Shown here in pieces: positions 1-7,543 of a stretch of DNA of 45,699 nt. Each line of letters begins with the position of its first letter. Position 1 is the first letter of the stretch. Location: positions 1-45,699 of the forward strand of contig JALGUI010000001.1 in the NCBI GenBank assembly GCA_029820915.1, in the 5' to 3' direction. The DNA comes from Candidatus Zipacnadia bacterium (GTDB lineage Bacteria > Armatimonadota > Zipacnadia > Zipacnadales > UBA5352). Position numbers and translations under genes: made by a program. The notes under the pieces were generated by a model. That model had not been told where the DNA came from. It ran no database searches and saw only the letters and a list, made by a program, of their open reading frames with translations.

Positions 1-563
1 CGCACCGTTCCCCGCACGCGCCCCCGGCAGCGCCGCGCGGTAATCATGCGCCCGGCCTCGTCGCCCAGCACCGCGAGGTAGGTCACCGCGAAGCCCGCCA
101 GCGCCGTGAAGGTTCGCGGCACGCCGAGGGACTGCGCGGCGCGCAGCAGATCCGCCGAGGTGGCCGTGCCGGCCAGCAGCGTGGCCGCGAGCAGCGCCAG
201 CAGGCACTTGCCGCCAACCGACAGCCAGAGGACCATCGCGTGGCGCGACAGGTCGTGCCCCGCCACCGGCCAGGCGTCACCCGCGCCGGCGGGGGGGATG
301 AGCGCGGCGGCGACGGCGCCGAGCACGAGGAAGGGCACAAGGATCACCGCCCGCTTCGCGATCCACCGCGCCGGAAGCCTCGACGCGGCGGCGACCGCGA
401 GGAGCATCACAGCATGGGCCGCCAGCAGCCACGTGCGCGCGAGTGGCGCCGCGAGGATCGCGGCGGTCAGCGCCACCGCGCACACCAGCTTCACCCGCGC
501 ATCGAGCCGATGCACGGGCGAGCCGAGGTGCGCCCAGGCGTCCAGCAGGTCGTGGGGGAGCAT
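1..563 (-). CDS. ECF transporter transmembrane (T) component, EcfT/CbiQ family; partial, C-terminus runs off the window start
   Basis: My own minus-strand translation from ATG at 563-561 gives [40 protein letters not shown]... The HRLDxRxK motif and multi-TM profile are typical of CbiQ/EcfT. It starts 1 nt after the stop of the upstream S-component gene. It is absent from the ORF track because no stop lies in the window. Confidence 0.7.
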   Translation of the reverse strand, partial: MLPHDLLDAWAHLGSPVHRLDARVKLVCAVALTAAILAAPLARTWLLAAHAVMLLAVAAASRLPARWIAKRAVILVPFLVLGAVAAALIPPAGAGDAWPVAGHDLSRHAMVLWLSVGGKCLLALLAATLLAGTATSADLLRAAQSLGVPRTFTALAGFAVTYLAVLGDEAGRMITARRCRGRVRGTV

Positions 564-564
564 G

Positions 565-1173
565 TCAGTCCGCGCGCTCCGGCGTGGCGCGCCGGCGCCG
601 CTCCACCGCCGCCACCGCCGCCGGCACCGCGATGAGCTGCAGGATCAGGCCCGGGATGGCGGCGGCCGTCGCGGCCGGCACGTACGGCAGCGGTTGGCGC
701 ATCGGCGGGGGCAACGATGCCAGCACGTCCGCGGGCAGCAGGCTCACCGCGAGCAGGACCGTCAGCCCCAGCACCGCCCGGCCCGCCAGCAAGGTGAGCA
801 CCGTCGCCGGAATCACGTGCAGCCGCAGGCGCCGGTGCAGCAGGCTCGCGACCGCGCCCATCACGGTCAGCTCCGCGGCCATCAGCGGCAGGATGGGCAG
901 CACCGGCGGCATGCCCGTCAGCGCCGACGACAGCACCGGCGTGAGCAGCCCGACCGCCGCGGCGGTCCCCGGCGACACCAGCATTCCGCACACCAGCACC
1001 GGCAGGTACATCGGCAGGAAGATCGGCCCGAGCTTGCCGCCGCCGAGCGCATGGAAGCCGATCGGGATCACGATGCCAAGCGCGATGAACAGCCCACCGA
1101 GGCTCAGCTCGCGCGCCCACGCGAACTCCTCGGCGACCGTCGGCGCCCGCTTCTGGTTCGGATGCGCGCTCAT
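565..1173 (-). CDS. ECF transporter substrate-capture (S) component-like integral membrane protein (~202 aa)
   Basis: ORF 565..1482 trimmed to the ATG at 1173 ([11 protein letters not shown]...). About 5-6 hydrophobic helices ([30 protein letters not shown]...). The start overlaps the upstream stop in ATGA. It is immediately followed by the EcfT-like gene. Substrate not determinable. Confidence 0.6.
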   Translation of the reverse strand: MSAHPNQKRAPTVAEEFAWARELSLGGLFIALGIVIPIGFHALGGGKLGPIFLPMYLPVLVCGMLVSPGTAAAVGLLTPVLSSALTGMPPVLPILPLMAAELTVMGAVASLLHRRLRLHVIPATVLTLLAGRAVLGLTVLLAVSLLPADVLASLPPPMRQPLPYVPAATAAAIPGLILQLIAVPAAVAAVERRRRATPERAD

Positions 1174-1894
1174 GACGCCTCGTACTCCGTGTCCCAGTAT
1201 GTGCGCCACACGTCCTCCGCGACGGGCTGCGCGTCCGCCGGGATGACCGTCCCGTTCTCCTCCCGCTCGGTGTTCGAGTGGTACACGTCGGGCCGGAGCC
1301 ACTTGGCGTGCCCGTCGCCGAAGAGCACGTTCGACCCCTCGCCGTGGACGCGGCACACCGCCCACGCGAAGAGCACGTTCGACCCCTCGCCGTGGACGCG
1401 GCACACCGCCCACGCGTGCAGCGATCCGCCGCGATGCAGCGCCTTGTCGCCGTTGGGCGGGCCGGAGACGCAACGGTCCCACTCCACCGACAGGATCTTG
1501 TGGCTCGGGCCAGCGATCTGCGCCTGCGAGCGCGCCGCGAAGCCCGCCGCGGCGTTGCCGTCCACGGTCTCGAAATCGAACAACCCGCCGTTGTAGCCGT
1601 GACCGTAGAACCAGTCGAGCTGCGGCGCGGCCGGCTCGGGCAGCGCCACAGGTCGTGGTTCCTCATATACGGGTCGAGCCGCGTCTTCCACTGATAGGTG
1701 GGCGGATAGACCTCATCGTAGTCCGACGCGTACATCTCGAAGGCGAGCCCCTGCTGCTTCATGTTGCTTACGCAGGTGATGGCGCGAGCCTTGTCCCGCG
1801 CCCGCGCGAACACCGGGAACAGGATCGCGGCGAGGATGGCGATGATGGCGATGACGACCAGCAGCTCAATCAGCGTGAAGCCGCTGCGTGTCAT
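1170..1894 (-). pseudogene. Prepilin-type N-terminal methylation-motif protein (DUF1559 / H-X9-DG type), interrupted by a frameshift near 1625-1650
   Basis: The N-terminus, [29 protein letters not shown] (frame of ORF 491..1894), is a class III signal / pilin-like motif. Sense continues only in the frame of ORF 1170..1691 (...[12 protein letters not shown]...[16 protein letters not shown]). The two frames join around LWRCPS / EPAAPQ. Confidence 0.7.
1320..1415. repeat. Perfect 48-bp tandem duplication (2 x 48 bp) inside the pilin-like gene
   Basis: 1320-1367 and 1368-1415 are identical (gaagagcacgttcgacccctcgccgtggacgcggcacaccgcccacgc). The duplication is in-frame and duplicates [16 protein letters not shown]. 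Confidence 0.97.
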
Positions 1895-1958
1895 GACGGC
1901 ACCTCGTTCGTGCCATGATTCGCAATATCGTGCTATCAGCGGGCAGAAGAAAAGGCCG

Positions 1959-2369
1959 CTACGGCCCGATGGCGGTGCGGGTCAGCTCCCCATGCTTCAC
2001 CCCGCGCGTGCTGATCATGCGGTCGGCCAGCCGGCGGATCTCGGCCGCCGTCCCCCGCACCACGATGACCTCGGCGCAGTTGTGATGGTCGAGGTGCACG
2101 TGCGTCGTGCAGATGACCGCGGCTTCCGCGTCGTGCTGCATCTGCGTCAGCCCGCTGACGAGGTCGGGCACGTGGTGGTCGTAGATCAGCGTGATAGTGC
2201 CGACCACGTCGCCCTCGGGCTGCTCCCACCGGCGCTCAACCAGGTACCTGCGGGCCAGGTCGCGCACGGCCTCCGACCGGTTGGCGTAGCTTGCGTCCGC
2301 GATCGCCCGGTCGAACTCGTCGAGCAACTCAGCCGGCATCGACACGCCGAATCGCTCAAGCTCGCTCAT
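1959..2369 (-). CDS. nikR: Nickel-responsive transcriptional regulator NikR (ribbon-helix-helix plus metal-binding domain)
   Basis: [43 protein letters not shown]... followed by HHVPDL...[19 protein letters not shown]. The ATG at 2369 is preceded by GAGGTGG. The longer ORF start at 2426 has no SD. Confidence 0.85.
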   Translation of the reverse strand: MSELERFGVSMPAELLDEFDRAIADASYANRSEAVRDLARRYLVERRWEQPEGDVVGTITLIYDHHVPDLVSGLTQMQHDAEAAVICTTHVHLDHHNCAEVIVVRGTAAEIRRLADRMISTRGVKHGELTRTAIGP

Positions 2370-2384
2370 CTCGCCACCTCGTGT

Positions 2385-2426
2385 CACGACTGGCAAAAGC
2401 GTAGCACAGATCGGGAGTCGTGTCAA
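2385..2426 (-). promoter_or_regulatory. Candidate nikR promoter (TTGACA-17-TACGCT) overlapped by a dyad, CACGACT-N24-AGTCGTG (possible NikR operator)
   Basis: On the minus strand the -35 is at 2426-2421 and the -10 at 2403-2398. The inverted 7-mers lie at 2385-2391 and 2416-2422. Confidence 0.4.
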
Positions 2427-2445
2427 ACACAGGGACCAGGCCGGC

Positions 2446-3099
2446 TCAGCGCGGGAAGCGGTTGGTGATGACGACGCCCAGCGTGGCGATCGCGATGCGC
2501 AGGTCCAGGCCGAGCGACAGGCCGTGCACGTACTCGCGATCGTAGCTCAGCTTTTCGGCCACGTCCGCGACGCAGGTGTCCGAGGGCCGATGCACCTGGG
2601 CCCAGCCGCTGATCCCGGGGCGCACCAACAGCCGCTCATCGTAGCTCGGCAGATGCCGGCGCAGGCGGCCGACGAAGTGCGGCCGCTCCGGGCGTGGCCC
2701 GATCAGGCTCATGTCGCCGCGCAGCACGCACCAGAGTTGCGGCAGCTCGTCGATGCGGAAACGCCGCAGCAGCCGACCCAGGGGCGTCACGCGCGGATCC
2801 CTCGGCGCGGCCCACACCGGGCCCGTCTCGCGCTCGGCGTCGGGAACCATGGTGCGCACCTTGACGAAGGTGAACTCCCTGCCGCCCAGCCCCACCCGTC
2901 TCTGCACGTAGAGCACGGAGCCTGGCGAGGTCAGCTTGGTAGCGACCGCCGCCAGGCCCATCGCCAGCAGTGCGCCGGGGAGGAGGATGAGGGCGCCGAG
3001 GACGTCGAGCGCGCGCTTGGGCGCGCCCGCGTAGGGACTGCGAGGTCCCGCGGCGGTGACGGCGCTTCGGGCCTCCATTGTGCTGGCGGGATGGTCCAT
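2446..3099 (-). CDS. Bacterial sugar transferase (polyprenyl-phosphate hexose-1-phosphate transferase family, WbaP/ExoY-like)
   Basis: ...RALDVLGALILLPGALLAMGLAAV...FVKVRTM...RIDELPQLWCVLRGDMSLIGPRPERP...RPGISGWAQV. The start is uncertain: ATG 3099, ATG 3078 and GTG 3126 are all possible. Confidence 0.85.
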   Translation of the reverse strand: MDHPASTMEARSAVTAAGPRSPYAGAPKRALDVLGALILLPGALLAMGLAAVATKLTSPGSVLYVQRRVGLGGREFTFVKVRTMVPDAERETGPVWAAPRDPRVTPLGRLLRRFRIDELPQLWCVLRGDMSLIGPRPERPHFVGRLRRHLPSYDERLLVRPGISGWAQVHRPSDTCVADVAEKLSYDREYVHGLSLGLDLRIAIATLGVVITNRFPR

Positions 3100-3223
3100 C
3101 GCTGTCAAGCTCGTGATAGGCTTCACTCTCCCCCGCCGGGCCTTCGTACGCAGCCGCGACCCGCGCAGTGGCGTCCGTGCGGCCCTTCGCCGCGCGGGCC
3201 GCCCCGTCCTGCCTCCGCAAGAG

Positions 3224-4573
3224 CTATGCCATCGCTCGCCCGTCCAGCCCCTCCGGCGGCTCCTCGCCCAGCAGTGAGAGCGCCGTCGGCGCGCCGTCCT
3301 CCACGCGTGGCGTGCCGTCCTGGAACTGACGGCCGCGCACCAGCCAGAAGGCGTCGCCGTAGGTGTGCATGCCCGTGATCGGGCTGCTCGTGAACAGCTC
3401 ATCGCCCGTCAGCGAGCTCTTGAGGTCGTAGCCGTCACGTGGGATCGCCAGCAGGTCGGGCGCGCGGTCGAGCGCGTCGCCGTGGAATACCTCCTCGCGG
3501 CGCCGGACCGCCTCCAGCACCGGCTCGCCGCTGTCGGGGTCGGCCAGCTCCATCAGCCCCGCGATGATCTCATCGCGCAGCGCCTCGTACTCGTCGCCCG
3601 GCTCGACGCCCCCCTGCGGCTCGCGCCCGCGCAGGTTCACGTAGATCCGCCCGGGGGTCATCGAGAACGCGCGCGTGCTCGCGTCAGCCTGGGTGAGCTT
3701 CGCGTCTTCGGAGGCCGGCACGCCGAGGTAGCCGCGCTCGCGCAGCCACACGTCGATGTTGATCTCGTGCACCGTGCGCGTGAAGCCGTGGTCGCTCAGC
3801 AACAGAAGCTCCGCGTCGTCACCCGCGGCCCGCGCGATCTCGCCCACCGCGGCGTCCACTGCGGCGTAGTAGTCCACGAAGCGCGGCGCGTAGTCCGGAT
3901 CGCCATCGTCCCACTCCGCCCACATGAAGTGATTGATGCGGTCCGTGCCCATGACGTGTACCATGGCGTAGGACCACGGCTCGCGCGACAGCAGCTCCGT
4001 CGCTCCCGCCACGCGGCCCTTCAGCGTTGCGTCCAGATCCTGCAGCAGCAGGTCCAGCGATTTGCGCGCCTGCCACGGATCGATGTCGATGCGGTAGCCG
4101 AGGCGCCCGAGCCGCGCCGCCAGCTCGGGCGGATGCGTCGCGCCCTCGAGCTTCGGCGCCAGGAAGCCGCCGACCAGCAGGCCGTTGACCTCCGGTGGCG
4201 GCGAGGTCACGGGCACGTTCATGATGATGACGCGGTGCCCGCGCTCGCCCAGCGTCCGCCAGACCTGCGGCGAGCGCACGTAGCGGCTGCCGGTGATGTA
4301 GTGCCGGTAGGAGCCGGGCTCGCGGTCGATGAAGCCGAAGACCCCGTGCCCGCCGGGGTTGACGCCCGTCACAAACGAGGTCCAGGCCGTGCACGACACG
4401 GTCGGCTGCGTGGACTCCGCCGGGCGCAGGTCGCCCGACGCGGCGATCTCCGCCAGGTTCGGCATCACGCCACGCCCGATCAGCTCGGTCAGCAACGAGT
4501 GGGGCACGCCGTCCAGGCCGATGACCAGGACGCGCGGCCCCGAGGCCCGGCGCCGTCGCAGGAAGTCCAGCAC
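3224..4573 (-). CDS. Alkaline-phosphatase-superfamily protein (type I phosphodiesterase / nucleotide pyrophosphatase-like)
   Basis: VLVIGLDGVPHSLL...TQPTVSCTAWTSFVTGVNPGGHG...LLLLSDHGF. The GTG start at 4573 lies 2 nt after the cysC stop. The ATG at 4657 would overlap cysC by 80 nt. Confidence 0.75.
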   Translation of the reverse strand: MLDFLRRRRASGPRVLVIGLDGVPHSLLTELIGRGVMPNLAEIAASGDLRPAESTQPTVSCTAWTSFVTGVNPGGHGVFGFIDREPGSYRHYITGSRYVRSPQVWRTLGERGHRVIIMNVPVTSPPPEVNGLLVGGFLAPKLEGATHPPELAARLGRLGYRIDIDPWQARKSLDLLLQDLDATLKGRVAGATELLSREPWSYAMVHVMGTDRINHFMWAEWDDGDPDYAPRFVDYYAAVDAAVGEIARAAGDDAELLLLSDHGFTRTVHEINIDVWLRERGYLGVPASEDAKLTQADASTRAFSMTPGRIYVNLRGREPQGGVEPGDEYEALRDEIIAGLMELADPDSGEPVLEAVRRREEVFHGDALDRAPDLLAIPRDGYDLKSSLTGDELFTSSPITGMHTYGDAFWLVRGRQFQDGTPRVEDGAPTALSLLGEEPPEGLDGRAMA

Positions 4574-4575
4574 GG

Positions 4576-5133
4576 TTACTCGCCTGCCTCCCTCAGCGCC
4601 GGCTCGACCTGCAGGTGGCCCAGCTCGACGAGCTTGGCCATGACCGCGTCGATGCACTCATCGACGGAACTCTCGGCGCTCCTCACGTGGACCTCCGGGC
4701 TCGCCGGCGCCTCATAGGGCTGGTGCATGCCGGCGATATCGCTGACCTCACCGCGGGCCGCACGGGCGTACAGGCCCTTGGGGTCGCGCTCCTGACAGAC
4801 CTCCAGCGGACAGTCAACCCATACCTCGACGAACTTCTCGCACCACTCGCGCCCACGGTCTCGGTAGGCCCGCTTGGGCGCCACGGCCGCGATCATCACG
4901 TTCGCGCCGTAGCCCGCCAGCTTCTCGGCGAACCAGGCCAGGCGCTTGGTGTTCTCGTTGCGCGCCTCCTCCGTATAGCCCAGGTTCGGGCTCAGGTTCG
5001 TGCGCACCTCGTCGGCGTCGAGATTCTCGACCGGCAGGCCCATCGCCTCAAGGCGCTCCTGCACGGCGGCCGCCAGTGTTGACTTGCCCGACGCGGGAAT
5101 CCCAGTGAACCAGATGACGATGCCCTTCTTCAT
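4576..5133 (-). CDS. cysC: Adenylylsulfate (APS) kinase
   Basis: MKKGIVIWFTGIPASGKSTLA (P-loop)...LDADEVR. The ATG at 5133 is preceded by AAGGAGAA. Confidence 0.9.
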   Translation of the reverse strand: MKKGIVIWFTGIPASGKSTLAAAVQERLEAMGLPVENLDADEVRTNLSPNLGYTEEARNENTKRLAWFAEKLAGYGANVMIAAVAPKRAYRDRGREWCEKFVEVWVDCPLEVCQERDPKGLYARAARGEVSDIAGMHQPYEAPASPEVHVRSAESSVDECIDAVMAKLVELGHLQVEPALREAGE

Positions 5134-5165
5134 TGCGTTCTCCTTGCGCTGCGCGGTGCGGTGCG

Positions 5166-6320
5166 TCACGACACGAACGGCTCGTCGAACCGCTGGATGG
5201 TCTCGAAGACCTCGGTGCGCATGACCTCCGGCCGCGGCGGCGTCCCGCTCCGGATCATCTCGCGGAGCTCGGTGCCGGAGAACGACAGGCAGGTCTCGCC
5301 CTCGTGCGGGCAGGTCCGGTTGCTGGCCACGCGCCCGCAGGTGCAGCAGTACCAGAAGTCGCCGCGGATCGTGATGGGCTGGATCTCCAGCTCATCGGCC
5401 ATCGCCTCGAACTTCTCGATGGCCTCCTCCTCGCCGTAGTAGTCGCCCACCCCGGCGTGGTCGCGGCCGATGATGATGTGTGTGCAACCGTAGTTCTTGC
5501 GCATGATCCCGTGCAGGATCGCTTCCTTCGGGCCCGCGTAGCGCATCTCGGTCGGCAGGATGTTCAGGAACACGTGATCGGGGTGGAAGTAGCCCCCGAT
5601 CAGCGCCTCGTAGGCCGCGAGGATCACCTCGTCGCGGTAGTCGCCCGGCTTCTTCTTGCCGATGACCGGCTGGATCATCAGCGCATCCACCAGCCCCAGC
5701 ACCGTCTTCTGCAGGTCCTCGTGGCCCGCGTGCGGCACGTTGCGCGTCTGGAAGGCGCACACCGTGCGCCACCCGCGCTCCCCGAACACCTCGCGCGTCT
5801 CCGCCGGGAACAGGTTGTGCGCGGCGAACGGCCCGCGGTCATTGTCGATCAGGTCCACGGTGCCCGCCACTGCGTAGTCGCCGCGCGCGTGGTAGCCCGC
5901 AACGCCCGGGTGCGCCAGGTCGCCGGTGCCGAACACAGACTCGGCAGCGGCGGCCTTGTCCCACTCGAAGACCTCGTGCACGGCCATCAGCGCGACCGGC
6001 CGGTCCCGATCGGACTCGGCCGTCAGGATGACCTCCTGTCCCGCCTGCACCGCCGCGGGGTCCTCGACCGTGAGGAAGATCGGGATGGTGAAGATCGTCC
6101 CGTCAGCCAACCGCTCATCATCCACGATCCCCTTGAACTCATCACTCGTGACGAAGCCCTCCAGCGGGCTGAAGACGCCACGCGCGATGTTGCGCGCGTC
6201 ACCCGCGATCTCGTCGGCAACAACCAGCCTGGGCAGGCCGGCCGCGCGCATCATCGCCTGCTCGCGGGCCTCCCCGACCAGTGTGCGGTCCACCAGCTTT
6301 CCCCCGTGTGCCGCGATCAT
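5166..6320 (-). CDS. sat: Sulfate adenylyltransferase (ATP sulfurylase)
   Basis: ...CAFQTRNVPHAGHEDL...IIIGRDHAGVG...; 384 aa. Confidence 0.9.
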   Translation of the reverse strand: MIAAHGGKLVDRTLVGEAREQAMMRAAGLPRLVVADEIAGDARNIARGVFSPLEGFVTSDEFKGIVDDERLADGTIFTIPIFLTVEDPAAVQAGQEVILTAESDRDRPVALMAVHEVFEWDKAAAAESVFGTGDLAHPGVAGYHARGDYAVAGTVDLIDNDRGPFAAHNLFPAETREVFGERGWRTVCAFQTRNVPHAGHEDLQKTVLGLVDALMIQPVIGKKKPGDYRDEVILAAYEALIGGYFHPDHVFLNILPTEMRYAGPKEAILHGIMRKNYGCTHIIIGRDHAGVGDYYGEEEAIEKFEAMADELEIQPITIRGDFWYCCTCGRVASNRTCPHEGETCLSFSGTELREMIRSGTPPRPEVMRTEVFETIQRFDEPFVS

Positions 6321-6366
6321 GGCTGTGCTCGTGCTCCTTCCTGGCGTCGCGAAGTCGGTCCGAGAG

Positions 6367-6395
6367 AGCTTACACTATTATAAGAGTGTCGTCAA
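6367..6395 (-). promoter_or_regulatory. Candidate sat promoter (TTGACG-17-TAAGCT) containing the palindrome ACACT-N8-AGTGT
   Basis: The -35 is at 6395-6390 and the -10 at 6372-6367, about 45 nt upstream of the sat ATG. The palindrome arms are 6372-6376 and 6385-6389. Confidence 0.35.
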
Positions 6396-6597
6396 GAGTC
6401 AGCCCCGAGTGGGTCTGACCGAACTGGGCAGGTAGGTTCGCCCCCGGCCCGCTCGCTGGAAGGGCACAGGCCTCCTCCCCCGTCCCGAGCTGCGCTCAGC
6501 ACGGCCGCTCCCTTAACGGAGCGCGTCAAGTCGGAGTGTTCCTGTTTCAGCACGAGGGAGACGGCTACCTCGGCCCCGTCCGGTGTCGTTATTGTGG

Positions 6598-6617
6598 GAC
6601 AGGCATTCCTGCCTGTC
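6598..6617. other. Perfect 8-bp stem / 4-nt loop hairpin (gacaggca-ttcc-tgcctgtc), with a third copy of the arm at 6726-6733
   Basis: Read directly. 6597-6609 (ggacaggcattcc) is the exact reverse complement of 6722-6734. Confidence 0.6.
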
Positions 6618-6670
6618 AGACATTAGTGCCGTCCATTCTTGGCTGTCGCCCTTCAGCCATCTCGATGACC

Positions 6671-6698
6671 GCACGGCATTGACGGGCACGGCATTGAC
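6671..6698. repeat. Tandem direct repeat gcacggcattgac x2 (15-bp period)
   Basis: 6671-6683 and 6686-6698 are identical. Confidence 0.9.
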
Positions 6699-6941
6699 AG
6701 GCCCGGTCGCTTGCGACTGGCGGAATGCCTGTCCTACATGGAGGACGCATGGCATCCTCACGGCGGCGAAAGAGGGGTAGCGGGGCGAACGACGGCGACG
6801 GCAACAGCTTCCCCCCCCAAGGGGGAGGAGGCTGCGCAGCAGCCGGAGGGGGTGAGGAAGCCGTTGGCCGTCGCGGTCTATATACTGAGATCGGTCACAC
6901 CCCCCCGAATGGACCTCAATCGAACAACTATTCGGATGGCC

Positions 6942-6970
6942 TTGACTCAGCACGGCCTCGCCCGTATACT
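6942..6970 (+). promoter_or_regulatory. Near-consensus sigma-70-type promoter, TTGACT-17-TATACT
   Basis: The -35 is at 6942-6947 and the -10 at 6965-6970, with an exact 17-nt spacer. It points at the small ORF and lipoprotein pair. Confidence 0.6.
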
Positions 6971-7019
6971 GCGAACTGCTGTTCGACAAGCGCGCCGCGC
7001 ACGCAGAGGAGACGACACC

Positions 7020-7160
7020 GTGGAACACCTGCTGACGAACTTCACCGGGCTCGACATGGCCCTCTGTCTCGTGCTTCTCGTGCTCTACCTCCGCCAGGAG
7101 GGGACGCCGCCTCAAGCCGATCACCAACAAGGAGGGCTGGACACGCACGGCGCAGACTGA
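7020..7160 (+). CDS. Candidate 46-aa small membrane peptide (VEHLLTNFTGLDMALCLVLLVLYLRQEGTPPQADHQQGGLDTHGAD)
   Basis: GTG at 7020 lies 7 nt after the SD GAGGAGA (7006-7012) and about 43 nt downstream of the predicted TSS. One hydrophobic helix. No homology claimed. Confidence 0.4.
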   Translation: MEHLLTNFTGLDMALCLVLLVLYLRQEGTPPQADHQQGGLDTHGAD

Positions 7161-7244
7161 TAGGATAGAGGGGAGGACTCGCGGGCGCACTGGGCGAACA
7201 CCCATGCGCGGCGACCAACAAGCCAGGCTGAGGGGAGAAGTGCC

Positions 7245-7469
7245 TTGAAGGCTGCCTACCTGGTGCTCGCGCTCATGATGCTTGTGGTGATCATCCTGTC
7301 GGCCTGCGGTACCGACGGCAATCTGCCGTACACAGGAGGCGACGGCGACGGTGGAGCGCCTCCTGACGACGGTGGCAACGGCGATGGCGACGATGGCGGC
7401 ACGCCGCCTCCGCCTCCGCCCCCGGTTGACGGCGGCGGCCTGACCCCGCCCGACCCGCCGGTGATGTAG
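7245..7469 (+). CDS. Small lipoprotein (74 aa) with a Gly/Asp/Pro-rich mature part
   Basis: TTG start at 7245 with GGGGAG SD 7 nt upstream. Signal peptide MKAAYLVLALMMLVVIILSAC with lipobox L-S-A-C. The mature part includes a run of eight prolines (GGTPPPPPPPPVDGG). Confidence 0.55.
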   Translation: MKAAYLVLALMMLVVIILSACGTDGNLPYTGGDGDGGAPPDDGGNGDGDDGGTPPPPPPPVDGGGLTPPDPPVM

Positions 7470-7495
7470 CCTCGACCGACGCGAGCGAATGACAG

Positions 7496-7525
7496 GAGCA
7501 CGCCCACGCGCGGGCGTGCTCTTTG
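7496..7525 (+). terminator. Candidate intrinsic terminator (10-bp GC stem plus TTTG)
   Basis: gagcacgccc-acgcgc-gggcgtgctc followed by tttg. It lies between the convergent genes ending at 7469 and 7544. Confidence 0.5.
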
Positions 7526-7543
7526 CTGTCTGCGCGGGGGACG

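Noticed and set aside
106-1596. 496-aa plus-strand ORF at the window start.
   Set aside because: It is antisense to the EcfT-like, ECF-S and pilin-like genes, and its composition is Arg/Ala/His-rich with no recognisable motif.
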